The notes below the pieces were generated by a model. The model saw only the letters and a list, made by a program, of their open reading frames with translations, was not told the DNA's origin and ran no database searches. From contig NC_090377.1 in assembly GCF_036365525.1 (NCBI RefSeq), positions 32,704,201-32,768,200 of the forward strand: DNA of 64,000 nt, written 5' to 3'. The DNA comes from Heterodontus francisci. Its lineage: Eukaryota. The position numbers and the translations under genes were made by a program. This document shows, in pieces, positions 33,709 through 46,900 of the stretch (the stretch's first letter is position 1; the number at the start of each line of letters is the position of its first letter).

Positions 33709-36459
33709 ATGCCTACCTTGAAGAAGTTCTGCTCTTCTCTCCGACGGGATTTTCGTTTGTCTCTTTTACCTTGTTCACCTTCATTGCTTTCTATTTCCCT
33801 CCTGGTGTTTGATAAGGTATCTACCAAAACTCGTTTTCACAGCCACATCTCCTTCCTCAGTGACTGTCTCCGGCTCCGACTGATTCCACGTGGATTCCAA
33901 CTGCAGTTTCACCCATCATGCTTTGAAACCACCCAGGATCACAGGTATCTCCGAGAAATACAACGTTCCTCGGACTGCTACTCTCGCCGCATCCTGAGAT
34001 CTACACTCAGTGCTATGCGCCGCCATATGCACACACTGGACCTCTCTCTCCAGCAGCACCGTCTCACCTTATCTCAAATCTGTTCTACTCCGCAGTTTCA
34101 TCTCATCTTACGTCTCATCCGACGCATTAACAAAAAACTTTTTTTCTTCCTTTCAGGTGTTAAGGAACGCAAGCTCCAGCAGCTGATGGGGACTAATGCC
34201 CCTCCAGATCCTCCTTCCGCTTTACTTCCCTCTGACCCCACCCCTTCTGATCTGACCCCTTGCCGTGTATTCACTATACCCTCTGACCTCCCCCTCTCTG
34301 ATGCTGAGCGTTCTGTACTCAGCAAAGGACTCAGTTTTATCCCCTTACGCCCCCACCTCAATGAATTTCGCGCTCGGCATGACGTTGAGCTCTTCTTCCG
34401 TCGCCTCCGCCTCCGGGCTCACTTCTTTGACCAGGAGTCCTCCCCCCGACCAGCAGACCCATTCACCCGCCTCCAGCATTCTCCCTCTACCTGGACCCCT
34501 CACCCTGGCCTCTTACCCGCTCTTGATCTCTTCATTGAAAACTGTCGGCGAGACATTGGTCGTCTCAATTTCTCTGCCCCCCTCACTCACTCTAACCTGT
34601 CCCCCTCTGAACTTGAGGCACTCCGTTCTCTCAGGTCTAACCCCGACATGGTCATCAAACCTGCAGACAAGGGTGGTGCTGTTGTTGTATGGCGTACCGA
34701 CCTCTACCTTGCAGAAGCTCAACGCCAACTCACAGACACCTCTTCCTACCTCCCTCTGGACCATGACCCCACCACCGAACATCAAGCCACCGTCCAAAGG
34801 ACTGTCACTGACCTCATCTCCTCTGGAGATCTTCCCTCTATAGCTTCCAACCTCATAGTCCCGCAACCCCGGACAGCCCGCTTCTATCTCCTTCCCAAAA
34901 TCCACAAACGGGACTGTCCCGGCAGACCCATTGTGTCAGCCTGCTCCTGCCCAACTGAACTTACTTCTTCCTATCTAGACTCTATCTTTTCTCCGCTGGT
35001 CCAGTCTCTTCCCACCTACATCCGTGACTCTTCTGACGCCCTACGTCATTTTGACAATTTCCAGTTTCCTGGTCCCAACTGCCTCCTCTTCACTATGGAC
35101 GTCCAATCGCTCTACACCTCCATCCCCCACCAGGATGGTTTGAGGGCTCTCCGCTTCTTCCTGGAACAGAGGCCCGACCAGTCCCCATCCACCACCACCC
35201 TCCTCCGCCTGGCTGAACTTGTTCTCACATTGAACAACTTCTCCTTCAACTCCACGCACTTCCTTCAAGTAAAAGGTGTCGCTATGGGTACCCGCATGGG
35301 TCCTAGTTATGCCTGTCTTTTTGTGGGATATGTCGAGCATTCTTTGTTCCAGTCCTACTCAGGCCCCCTCCCCCAACTCTTTTTCCGGTACATTGATGAC
35401 TGTATCGGTGCCGTTTCCTGCTTCCGCCCCGAACTCGAAAACTTTATCACCTTTGCTTCCAATTTCCACCCTTCTCTCACCTTTACATGGTCCATCTCTG
35501 ACACTTCCCTTCCCTTCCTCGACTTCTCTGTCTCCATCTCTGGAGATAGGTTGTCTACCAATATCCATTATAAGCCCACTGACTCCCACAGCTACCTCGA
35601 CTACACTTCTTCACACCCTACCTCCTGTAAGGACTCCATTCCATTCTCCCAGTTTCTCCGTCTCCGACGCATCTGCTCTGATGATGCTACCTTCCATGAC
35701 GGTGCTTCTGATATGACCTCCTTTTTCCTCAACCGAGGATTTCCCCCCACTGTGGTTGACAGGGCCCTCAACCGTGTCCGACCCATTCCCCGCACCTCTA
35801 CCCTCACCCCTTCCCCTCCCTCCCAGAACCGTGACAGGGTTCCCCTTGTCCTCACTTTTCATCCCACCAGCCTCCATATCCAAAGGATCATCCTCCGCCA
35901 TTTTCGCCACCTCCAGCGTGATGCCACTACCAGTCGCATCTTCCCCTCCCTTCCCCTGTCAGCATTCCGAAGGGATCGTTCCCTCCGCGACACCCTGGTC
36001 CACTCCTCCATTACCCCCACCACCTCGTCCCCGTCCCAGGGCACCTTCCCTTGCAATCGCAGGAGGTGTAATACCTGCCCATTTACCTCCTCTCTCCTCA
36101 CTATCCCAGGCCCCAAACACTCCTTTCAGGTGAAGCAGCGATTTACTTGTACTTCTTTCAATGTAGTATACTGTATTCGCTGCTCACAGTGTGGTCTCCT
36201 CTACATTGGGGAGACCAAGCGCAGACTGGGTGACCGCTTTGCGGAACATCTCCGCTCAGTCCGCAAGCAGGACCCTGAGCTTCCGGTTGCTTGCCATTTC
36301 AACACTCCCCCCTGCTCTCATGCTCACATCTCTGTCCTGGGATTGCTGCAGTGTTCCAGTGAACATCAACGCAAGCTCGAGGAACAGCATCTCATCTACC
36401 GATTAGGCACACTACAGCCTGCCGGACTGAACATTGAGTTCAATAATTTCAGAGCATGA
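33709..36459 (+). CDS. Penelope-like RT + GIY-YIG endonuclease polyprotein, 916 aa, uninterrupted
   Basis: IKPADKGGAVVV, FYLLPKIHK, GRPIVS, TMDVQSLYTSIP, GVAMGTRMGPSYA, FFRYIDD; Cys-rich linker CNRRRCNTC; NVVYCIRC..CGLLYIGETKRRLGDRFAEH; C-terminal GLN. Confidence 0.97.
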   Translation: MPTLKKFCSSLRRDFRLSLLPCSPSLLSISLLVFDKVSTKTRFHSHISFLSDCLRLRLIPRGFQLQFHPSCFETTQDHRYLREIQRSSDCYSRRILRSTLSAMRRHMHTLDLSLQQHRLTLSQICSTPQFHLILRLIRRINKKLFFFLSGVKERKLQQLMGTNAPPDPPSALLPSDPTPSDLTPCRVFTIPSDLPLSDAERSVLSKGLSFIPLRPHLNEFRARHDVELFFRRLRLRAHFFDQESSPRPADPFTRLQHSPSTWTPHPGLLPALDLFIENCRRDIGRLNFSAPLTHSNLSPSELEALRSLRSNPDMVIKPADKGGAVVVWRTDLYLAEAQRQLTDTSSYLPLDHDPTTEHQATVQRTVTDLISSGDLPSIASNLIVPQPRTARFYLLPKIHKRDCPGRPIVSACSCPTELTSSYLDSIFSPLVQSLPTYIRDSSDALRHFDNFQFPGPNCLLFTMDVQSLYTSIPHQDGLRALRFFLEQRPDQSPSTTTLLRLAELVLTLNNFSFNSTHFLQVKGVAMGTRMGPSYACLFVGYVEHSLFQSYSGPLPQLFFRYIDDCIGAVSCFRPELENFITFASNFHPSLTFTWSISDTSLPFLDFSVSISGDRLSTNIHYKPTDSHSYLDYTSSHPTSCKDSIPFSQFLRLRRICSDDATFHDGASDMTSFFLNRGFPPTVVDRALNRVRPIPRTSTLTPSPPSQNRDRVPLVLTFHPTSLHIQRIILRHFRHLQRDATTSRIFPSLPLSAFRRDRSLRDTLVHSSITPTTSSPSQGTFPCNRRRCNTCPFTSSLLTIPGPKHSFQVKQRFTCTSFNVVYCIRCSQCGLLYIGETKRRLGDRFAEHLRSVRKQDPELPVACHFNTPPCSHAHISVLGLLQCSSEHQRKLEEQHLIYRLGTLQPAGLNIEFNNFRA

Positions 36460-36827
36460 CAGCCCCCCACTTTACTTTCATTTTTAGTCATTTTTAGTTA
36501 TTTTTTCTTCCTTTTTTTTTGCATTCCTTTTTACATTTTTTGCATTTATTTCATTTCATCTTAGTTTGTTCAGTTTGCTTACCCACTGTTTTTTTCAGGT
36601 TGTTTTTCTTCAGGTTTGCACTTGCTGATGTTCTATATTCAGTATATTCACACCTAATCTGTACTAATGCTTTGTCTTTCAAAACACCATTAACATATTG
36701 TTTGCCTTTGCTCCGTGACCTTTTGGTCAGCTATGTGGCCTGGTCCAATCTGCACCTTCTCCTTTGTTATCTCTTGCCCAACCCCCACCTCACTTGTTTA
36801 TAATCTGTGACTTTTCTAATATTTGTC

Positions 36828-36864
36828 AGTTCCGAAGAAGGGTCACTGACCCGAAACGTTAACT
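36828..36864 (+). ncRNA. Minimal type I hammerhead-ribozyme motif in the 3' pLTR
   Basis: Identical to 33537-33573. Confidence 0.75.
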
Positions 36865-38974
36865 CTGCTTCTCTTTCCACAGATGCTGCCAGACCTGCTG
36901 AGTGAATCCAGCATTTCTTGTTTTTGTTTCAGGTGGAGCATGCTCACTTTCATTTCTATACCATAGACAGTCATGTCTGTTCAATTGCCTGTGCTGCTGA
37001 ATTCTAGATATCAATCCTTACCTGTGTAAATACAAGCACCACCAGTTGAACAGCTAATAATTATCACTTCTACGGGAATTTATTTATTGTATAACTTGAA
37101 TTTTTCCAGAATCTCAGCATCAAGAAAGGAGTGGAAGAATCTTTTGCAGGGGGGAAATCAAAAGGTTACAAGCTTGGACCAGGTCTTGTCATTTTAAGAA
37201 TATAAATTTAAAACTGAATCAAAGAACATTTAATGGCCCATTATGAATTAATTAATAAATGAGGAAAAAAATGATAGCTTATGAAAGCAGATATCATATG
37301 TAAGCTCATTAGTGACAAATATGGCCATCTGCCATTTTACTGTGACTTTTGCCTGCACCAAACCTTTTGAGGATTGGAATAGTTCTGCTGCACCATTACA
37401 TAAAGCAAAAGCCTCCACTTAGTCCAAGAATAGTATAAATTAAGGAATGTTGCTTGAGCTGTCTGAGTATTTGAATTTCCTGCATTAGAGCTGTACAGAT
37501 GGTCTATTCCCCACCCCATATTTCCATAGATAATATTGCACCATTTTCTTATGCACAAGACATGACATGCTGCAGTGATAGGGTTAAACTGCAGACCTAT
37601 ACCTAAAACCCATTTAATATAGAAAGCAGCAGAGTCTGTTAATTGTCATTTGAATATGTGTGTATATTTAGGGACCCCACAGCTGAGTGCGTTGTCTTTA
37701 TTTAAAGCTCTTCATTACCCTGCCAGCACACGCTGACCTGCAGAACACCTTCATCTGGACAGATGGTGAAGAAAAAAATCAACATCATCCACAGAAATCT
37801 GCCAAACCAATCTGTTGTTAGCAGGTGTCATCTAACAGTCTGAAAGCACAAAGAGCAATAAGTACACCAATAGTACCTGACTGGAAACTCGATCCTTATT
37901 AAAGTCCTTTCAGTAGTCGGAGTAGAAATCTCTCCTCCATTAAAAGGTCTCACAAAAGCAGCCTAAATTAGGTTAGATTGGGTCGCTTCCCCCACCCCTC
38001 CTCCCAGTTTGGCTAAACACAACCATTAAGATTTGAACTCCATCAGTGTCAATGTTGCTTGTTCTAGACAGTACGGAGAAACCATAGGAGTTCTGCCTTT
38101 GTTCCTTCTCTCCCCAGTGCTTCTATTAAGTATGAGTTGATTGCTGAAGATAACCCATTAGTCAAAGTATCACCTACTGGTTGCCTCCTCTTAGTGCCAG
38201 CTGGAACATGATCTGGCTCCACATGTACAGGTCATACCTTTGGATTTATTGTGTCTCAGCCAATTGTATTGAAATAGCAAAGTCAATCTGGTTTCTAAGC
38301 AAGGAGGTAAAATCCTCATTTCTAATGACTCATGAGCACTAAATTTTCATGCCATGTCCAACCAAACTAGTTTGAACTAGGTTCTGTAAAATCATAGTAA
38401 TTAAATACAATGAGAATTCAATGTAAACGTGAGTAATGTTGTTTGAACTCATATTCTGCAAAAATATTCTATTTTAAAATGCTTTTTGTTGTCTTTGGCT
38501 TGAATTTTGATATAATCAAAAGTAAAACCATATCATTCTGTTTTACATATTCCAGCCTCGGAATAATTATTTAAGCTATTTTAAGTAAATGTATTCAAGG
38601 AAGATGACAGTGATGCCGGAGCATTTCACAACCAGCTGTATTTAAGGTCCTATTGGGGAAAAACACATTGCATCAGAGCTTTGAAACTATTTTTTATTTT
38701 ATAGAAACCATATAGAATTTCCAAACAATCAAAACATTTTTAATAGTTTTAAACTGCTGGGTAGCTAGTAAAGGGATGCAGATTTTATTGTAATCATTTT
38801 CAAAAATCATAGACATTTAGATAGCATGAAATTCCCATTTACAAACACAGTGATGGGAGGCAGATGAGTATGTAATGGTCACAGTAGCCTAATCTGTTGC
38901 CAGAGTGAGGGAATCAGCTCCGCAAATTCAAACTCTCCTGTCTCGGGCTTAATCTGGACCTAGTGTTTAGAATA

Positions 38975-41330
38975 AAAACAAGAAATGTTGGAAATACTCA
39001 GCAGGTCTGGCAGCATCTGTGGAGAAAGAAGCAGAGTTAACATAGAAACATAGAAAAATAGGAGCAGAAGTAGGCCATTCGGCCCTTCGAGCCTGCTCTG
39101 TCGTTCAATACGATCATGGCTGATCATCCAAACTCAGTAACCTGTTCCCACTTTCTCCCCATATCCCTTGATCCCATTAGCCTTAAGAACTACATCTCAC
39201 TCTTTCTTGAATATATTTAATGATTTGGCCTCAACTGCTTTCCGTGGTAGAAAATTCCACAGGTTCACCACTCTCTGGGTGAAGAAATCTCTCCTCATCT
39301 CAGTCCTAAATGGCTTACCCCTTATCCTTAGACTGTGACCCTTGGTCCTGGACTCCCCTGCCATCAGGAACATCCTTCCTGCATCTAGTCTGTCCAGTCC
39401 AGTTGGAATTTTGTAGGTTTCTATGAGATCTCCTCTCATTCTTCTAAACTCTAGCGAATACAAGTCTAATTGACCCAATCTCTCTTCATACGTCAGTCCG
39501 TCATCCCAGGAATCAGCCTGGTGAACCTTCGCTGCACTCCCTCCATAGCAAGAACATCCTTCCTCAGATAAGGAGACCAAAACTGCACACAATACTCCAG
39601 ATGTGGTCTCACTAAGGCCTTGTATAATTGCAGCAAGACATCCTTGCTCCTGTACTCGAATCCTCTCGCTATGAAGGCCAACATACCATTTGCCTTCTTA
39701 ACTGCCTGCTGCACCTGCATGCTTACTTTCAGCGACTGGTGCACAAGGACACCCAGGTCTCATTGCACCTCCCCCTTTCCCAATCTATCGCCGTTCAGGT
39801 AATCTGCCTTTCTGTTTTTGCCACCAAAGTGGATAACCTCACATTTATCCACATTATATTGCATCTGCCATGTATTTGCCCAATCACTCAACCTGTCCAA
39901 ATCACGCTGGAGCTTCTCTGCATCCTCCTGACAGCTCACACTCCCACCCAGCTTTGTGTCATCTGCAAACTTGGATATATTACATTTAATTCCCTTATCT
40001 ATATCATTAATATATATTGTGAATAGCTGGGGTCCTAGCACTGATCCCTGTGGTACCCCACTAGTCAGTGCCTGCCACTCGGAAAAAGACCTGTTTATTC
40101 CTACTCTTTGTTTCCTGTCTGCCAATCAATTCTCTATCCATGTTAGTACCTTACCCCCAATCCCATGTGCTTTAATTTTGCATGCTGATCTCTTATGTGG
40201 GACCTTATCGAAAGCCTTCTGAAAGTCCAAATACATCACATCCACTGGTTCTCCCTTATCTATTCTACTAGTTACATCATCAAAACATTCCAGTAGATTT
40301 GTCAAGCATGATTTCCCTTTCGTAAATCCATGTTGACTTTGTCTGATCCTGTCATTGTTTTCCAAGTGCTCTGCTATTACATCTTTTATAATAGAGTCTA
40401 GCATTTTCCCCACTACTGATGTCAGGCTAGCCAGTCTATAATTCCCTGTTTTCTCTCTACCTCCTTTTTTAAATTGTGAGGTTACATTAGCTTCCATCCA
40501 ATCCGTTGGAACTGTTCCAGAGTCTATAGAATTTTGAAAAATAACCAGCAATGCATCTACTATTTCTAGGGCCACTTCCTTAAGTACTCTGGGATGTAGA
40601 TTATCAGGCCCTGGAGATTTATCAGCCTTCAATCCCATCAATTTCCCTATCACCATTTCCCTACTAATACTGATTTCATACAGTTTCTCCTTCTCACTAG
40701 ACCCTATGTTCCCCAACATTTCTGGGAGGTAATTTGTATCCTCCTTTGTGAAGACAGAACCAAAGTATGTATTTAATTGGTCTGCCATTTCTTTGTTCCC
40801 AATTATAAATTCCCCCGTTTCTGACTGTAGGGACTCACATTTGTCTTCACTAATCTTTTTCTGTTCACATATCTATAGAAGCTTTTACACTCAGTTTTTA
40901 TGTTCTCTGCAAGCTTACTCTCATACTCTATTTTCCCCTTCTTTATCAATCCCTTCGTCCTCCTTTGCTGAATTCTAAACTGCTCCCAATCCTCAGGTTT
41001 GCTGCTTGTTCTGCCAATTTTATATTCCTCCTCCTTGGATCTAATACTATCCATAATTTCTTTTGTCAGCCACAGTTGAGCCACCCTTTGTTATTTTTGC
41101 ACCAGACAGGAATGAACAATTGTTGTAATTCATCCATGCATTCTTTAAATGCTAGCCATTGCCTATCCACTGACAACCCTTTAAATAATGTTCCCCCAAT
41201 CTATCATAGCTAACTTGCGCCTCATACCTTCATAGTTTCCTTTGCTTAGATTCAGGATCCTAGTCTCAGAATCAACTCTGTCACTCTCCATCTTAGTGAA
41301 GAAAATTTCAGGTCAGTGATCCTTCATCCC
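38975..41330 (-). mobile_element. ~100-bp Penelope pLTR fragment split by a CR1 (pieces 38975-39041 and ~41305-41330)
   Basis: ...gcagagttaac | CR1 | tttcaggtcagtgatccttcatc; 13-bp TSD agtgtttagaata at 38962-38974 and 41331-41343. Confidence 0.8.
39041..41304 (-). mobile_element. 5'-truncated CR1 LINE (RT through 3' tail)
   Basis: ORFs 40126-40788, 39760-40125, 39493-39744 and 39197-39592 carry QHGFTKGKSCLTNLLE, GVPQGSVLGP, KFADDTK; (tttctatg)n tail. Confidence 0.95.
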
Positions 41331-41794
41331 AGTGTTTAGAATATGCGAGGGACAAATCAGGCAGAGCCTGCATGGTCACATGTTATCATCTCAGTGGGTA
41401 GCAATGCTACAGAAATACTTTATGTACATATACTGTCAAAGCAATAAAGTTTTTCATGCTGACAGTGGATTGTAGGCCGAATGAGGAAGGTGCAAATGCA
41501 TTACATGGAAGGATGCAACAAACAGAGTGTGCAACGAACCAGCTGTTGCAGTGCAAGGGAGATTGCGTTTTGAGGCCACTGCCAGGTTATACTAGACTGT
41601 ACCTGAATCAGAACCAGCAGGAAACCATCTACTGAAGTGGATTTTATTTATATTGACCCTGACTCTAAATGCACAACTCAACCTGAATGTAATTGGAACG
41701 TTGATTTAAACCAATTATGGGTCGAATCCAGCCTCTGGTATGCAGTAGAAGCAAAAGGCAGCACTGAGCAGCAGACATCACCATTATCAAAGCA

Positions 41795-43950
41795 ACAACA
41801 ACAACTTCTATTTATGCAACGCCTTCAAAATGTTGAAATATCCCAAGCTGCTTCACAGGAACAGTTTCAAATAAAATTTGACAGTGAGACACATAAGGAG
41901 ATATTAGGGCAGATGACCAAAAGCTTGGTCAATGAGGTAGCGTTTAAGGAATATCTTAAAGGAGGAAAGTGAGGCAGAGAGTTTTAGGAAGGAATTCCAG
42001 AGCTTCGGGCCTTGCAACTGAAGGTATGGTCACCAATGGTGGAATGGTTAAAATCGGGCTGCTTAAGAGGCCAGAATTGGAAGAACAGAACTATCTCAAA
42101 GGTTTGTAAGGCTTGAGGAGATAGTAAGGTGCAAAGCCATGGAGGGATTTGAAAACAAGGATGAAAAATTTTTAAATTGTGGTGTTGCTTAACAGGAAAC
42201 CAGTGTAGGTCAGCGAGCACAGGGGTGATGGATGAATGGGACATGGTGCAGGTTAGGACATGGGCAACAGAGTTTTGGATGACCTCAAGTTTACAGAAGG
42301 TAGAAAATGGGATGCTGACCAGGAGTCCATTGGAATAATCAAGTCTAGAGTAACTAAGGCATGGATGAGGGTTTCAGCAGCAGATGGGCTGAGGCAGGGG
42401 TTGAGTTGGTAGAAATAGGCCGTCTTAGTGATGGTGTGGATATGTGGTCGAAAGCTCATCTCAGGATCAAATATGACACCAAGGTTGCAACCAGTCTGGC
42501 ACAACCTCAGACTGTTAACAGGAAGAGGGATGAAGTCAGAGAGTCACAGGTGACTAGGGAACAGAGTTTGTGGTGGGGACCAAAGACAATGACTTTGGTC
42601 CTCCCCAGTAGTTAGTTGGAGGAAAATTCTGTTTGTCCAACCTTGGATGTTGGACAAGCAATCTGACAATTTAGAGGCAGTGGAGGGGTTGATTGAGGTG
42701 GTGGTGAGGTAGAGCTGGGTGTTATCAGTGTGTGTGTGGAAACTGATGCTGCACTTTCGGATGATGTTGTTGATGGGCAGCGTGTAGATGAGAAACAGGA
42801 GGGAGCCAAGGAAAGATAACTGTTTGGGAATGGGAAGAAAAGCCTTTGCAGTGATACTGTGGCTTCAACTGGACAGATAAGAATGGAACCAGGCAAGGAC
42901 ATTCCCACTCAACTGAGTGATGGTGGAGAGGCATTGGAGGAGGATGGTGTGGTCAATTATGTCAAAGGCTACAAATAGTATGGAAAGGACCAGGAGAGTT
43001 TACCATTGTCTCAGTCACATAGAATGCCATTTATGACTTTGACTTGTACAGGACATTGGCCAGGCTGCACCTGGAGTACTGTGTGCAGTTTTGGTCTCCT
43101 TACCTAAGAAAGGACATACTTGCCCCAGAGGGAATGCAACAAAAGTTCACTAAGCTGGTTCCTGGGATGAGGGGATTGTCCTATGTGAGAGATTGAGTAG
43201 ACTATGCCTATATTCCCTGGAGTTTAGAAGTATGAGATGTGATCTATTTGAAACATATACAATTGTTAATAGGGTTCTCAGGGCAGATGCTGAGAAAATG
43301 TTTTCCCTGCCTGGGGAATCTAGAACACAGTGTCACAGTCTCTGAATAAGGCATTGGCCATTTAGAACTGAAATGAGGAGAAATCTCTTACACAAAGGGT
43401 TGTGAATCTTTGGAATTCTCTACCCCAAAGATGCTTAGTCATTGAGTATATTCAAAACAGAGGTTGATAGATTTTTGGGTACAAAGGGAATTAAGGGATA
43501 GGGGATAATGCGGGAAGATGGAGGTGAGGTAGAAGATCAACCATGATCTTGTTGAATAGTGAAGCAGGCTCAAAGGGCCAAATGGCCTACTCCTGCTCCT
43601 ATTTCATTTGTTCTTATGTTCTGATAAAAGCCATTTTCATACTGTGGCAGGGTGGAAACCTGACTGTCGGGATTGAAACATGGAGCTCCAGGAAAGATGG
43701 ACACAGATTTAAGAGACGACAACACATTCAAAGTCTTTGGAGAGGAAGGAGAGGTTGGAGCTGGAGCAATAGTTTGCAAGGATGAAATAGTCAGTGATTG
43801 ACTATTTGAAGATTAGGGGTGATAATGGCATATTTGAAGGAGAGGGGGAGAGTAGCTGATGAGAGAGAACCAATAATAATTTCAGGCCACAGGAAGGGAA
43901 GTTGAATGGTCAGGAGTTTAGTGGGAATAGGTCTGAGGAATCAGGAGATC
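41795..43950 (-). mobile_element. L2 LINE fragment interrupted by a CR1 at ~43043-43622
   Basis: NLGVIFDPEMSFRPHI, AAETLIHALVT, ITPVLADLHWFPV; reverse-complemented L2 tail caacaacaacttctatttat. Confidence 0.85.
43043..43622 (+). mobile_element. CR1 3' fragment
   Basis: LHLEYCVQFWSPYLRKD and a CR1 3' UTR ending ttcttatgttct. Confidence 0.85.
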
Positions 43951-46900
43951 CTTTGCAATTAAGACTTTCTAGACTTATTCCCATCTTGTATATAATAAAA
44001 GATATTCATGAACTGACTGTGGGCAATACAACAGAAAATTTATTAATATATTTAAAGTTTTACAGTTAGCGCACAATTTCTGTATCATACTTAATGTTCT
44101 CTCATGCTTAAGCTTTTGCACTTCAGCACACTTTAGAGTATCCTTTGACTCGCAGTCAGCAATCCTATAGGAGATCTACTATTTTATAAAATATATTCTT
44201 TTATGTTTAAACACACATAGATATAGGTAAAAAAGATGTAGATGCATATTTGGATAGAAAATAACATTTTATGCCTTCTTATTCCACCACTTTGACACTG
44301 ATGGTAGCGCCAACTTCAACGACACTGCTATAATGTTGCTAGAATGCAGCATTACTGCCGATGGAGAGGACAAATGGCTCCAGTCACTGCAGCATCAGAT
44401 ACAATAATTTTGGGCACAGGTCGGGTGACCGCTCAGCCTGTCTGTGCATGCTGGTGGGGTAATTTCTGTACTGTGGACCTGTACAAACATTCCCCATCTA
44501 ACTGGAAAGGTCTGTGTCCTGAAAATGAATTCTTCAATTATGATTTCTATGCAGATGCACAGCTCTTTCTCCATTATAATCTGGGCTATGGAATGTCCTC
44601 TGCTATCTAAATGGGGCATCAGCAGCCCCAGCACATTGCACAAACACTTGTAAATGAAAGAGTTTTGTAACAGAAAGGAAGCATTCGAGAAATTGACACT
44701 GCAGTTGTTGGTGAACCTAGAGGTGTTGACCTGACCAGTTTTGATGAGTGTTTAATAGATTACCATTTGCAATAATGCTAATGAAGATCATTAAACTGCT
44801 GCTGAAGTGTTTGTACAGAATGCAGAATCACCCAAAGGAATTTAAGAAAATGAATGGGAGGAACATGTTGGTCCAAAAATACACTTGGATAAGTTGTACA
44901 TTTATAAAGCCTCGATTTGCTGATTGTAACACCAACAGGAAGCCATTTAAATAAATGGAATATCATTGGCATTACAATAGGTCTTAATGTCTCAGTTATA
45001 CTACATCTTTCACAATGGTGCAATACAATCATTGCACCTTGCTGATGCTAAATTAGTATGCTGTTGCTGGTTTTATTCTGACGTTGACAGTTGCTGTTCC
45101 AAAAAGATGTTGTTCTTTGAAAATGTTGTGCAGTGGTATGAAGTGATTTTTAACTGTTAAGGCTAAAGCTAAAATAAAGCTGATGTGACCTTCAAAAGCA
45201 AACATTTGAATTTCTCTCCTTTTAAAAATCTCTCTAGCAGTCAAAGTCCAGTGAGCAGAGATCCATGCATATACTGAGTACACATGCATGCCTGCTCCAC
45301 TCAGCCGCTCTTTAACTGAGTCATGGATTTGCAGACCTACCTCTTTGACCAAGTCACCTGTACCAATGTCTTCTTCTTTGACTTTGTGTCAACTTTTGAT
45401 TTATTACGTTCCTGTGAAGCACCTTGGAATGTTTTACTGAGTGAAAGGCATTATACATAATTGTAAGTTGTTGTAACTATTCATATGCATTGCTGTTAAC
45501 GATAGATGCAGTACAATGCTATTTGGTGGCGTATAACTGAGGCATTACAAATGTGCTGAATGTTCTGGGATGGGGTGCAATGTGCAGGTGTTCAAACTTC
45601 TGGCATTCAGTCGGTAGGATGTAGGTGTCCGTCCATGACTTTGCATGTGAAAAGTTACTAATATTGGCACCGTACCAGTCCTAAGTGTATACAGTTTGTA
45701 TCCCCATATTGTACACTGGATCCCAGCAGTGCTAAAGAAACCATTTCCAAACACAGAGTGTAAAAGAGGGAAGAGCAATGTACTGAGGTAATTGTCCCAA
45801 ACTGGATCCAGTATGTATAAACATGCCTATTAACACTGTCAAAACAGTGTACTATTGATCATGATGATCTTGGTGGGGGTATTCTCCTTTTTGAATAAAA
45901 ATAAGGTTTTCCTTCAGAAAGATAGTTCTCTTTAAAAATGGGGACGGAAAGACTGGGAAAATTGCTAAACTGAATTCGAATAAATGCCTTGATATACCAC
46001 TTATTAAATATTCAAATTTATGGTTCTGAATGTATGTGTACCTTGACTCTAGTTGCCAAATTTAAATCCTCAACAGATTGTTCCAGCACTGTGAGTCACA
46101 GCCAGAAATCCAGCCGCACCTCCCACAGTACCTGTTGAATTCATTATCTAGATTAACTAGAGGAACAGTCCATTTGAACACAAAAGGAAGTATCAGAATT
46201 TTGACAAAAAAGTGGTGGAGACCATGTAATCTTAAGATTTCAAATGATGAAAGTGAGCATTAGCTGACACAATTTTAATGTGCACTGTAAGTTTGGAATT
46301 TGCTTTAAATTCAGCAGACAGTGATAGTACCAGGTTGAAAAGTTACACCCCACATGAACTGGGCTGGTTTGAGGAAGGAGTTTATTTATAAGTTTGAATA
46401 CTCTGAACGGCAGGAATTTAATAAATAAGTAGATATATCAAAAAAACTTGGAGCTGAGTTGAGATTTTTCTGTGCTGTTGGTAATTAACCAAGAAAGAAA
46501 GAACTTCCATTTATAAAGTGCCCTATCACATCTTCAGCATATCTCAAGATGCCTCACAATAATTGTAGTGCTTCACATTGAGGCATTTGAGTTTGCTGGA
46601 AAGCTTGAATTAAGCCAGTTATCAATAAGATGGGGGGAAATTATTATAAGCATTTGCTTCATAAAATTTTCCTGCAAGATCTGTCAGGATTTTTATAATT
46701 GATTGACAACAGCAGGGGAAAAACTGTAGATTCAAAATCGTCAGGTACAGTATTTTGCAAGTAAATTGATTTTAATCCCTGGCACACACCTTTACTATGG
46801 TTAACAAGCCCTTCCCTAGCTCCAATGCTGCCATAGCGAGTGGTTTATGCATGCCAGCCTGCAGCTAACTACAGGATAATTGGACCACTGCTGTTTTTAC

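Larger units (their letters stand above)
33108..36932 (+). mobile_element. Complete Penelope-like element (Neptune-like) with direct pseudo-LTRs
   Basis: pLTRs at 33108-33641 and 36399-36932 show no differences I can see. TSD tcaggtggagca at 33096-33107 and 36929-36940, partly overlapping element microhomology. Confidence 0.97.

Noticed and set aside
34098-36406. Many overlapping alternative-frame and antisense ORFs within the Penelope ORF
   Set aside because: These are shadows of a C-rich coding strand with no recognisable motifs.
44294-44410. DTDGSANFND cadherin-like motif, and NPVTG..RW at ~61517-61545
   Set aside because: Both fall outside the expected order for the putative cadherin relic and show how easily such motifs arise by chance.
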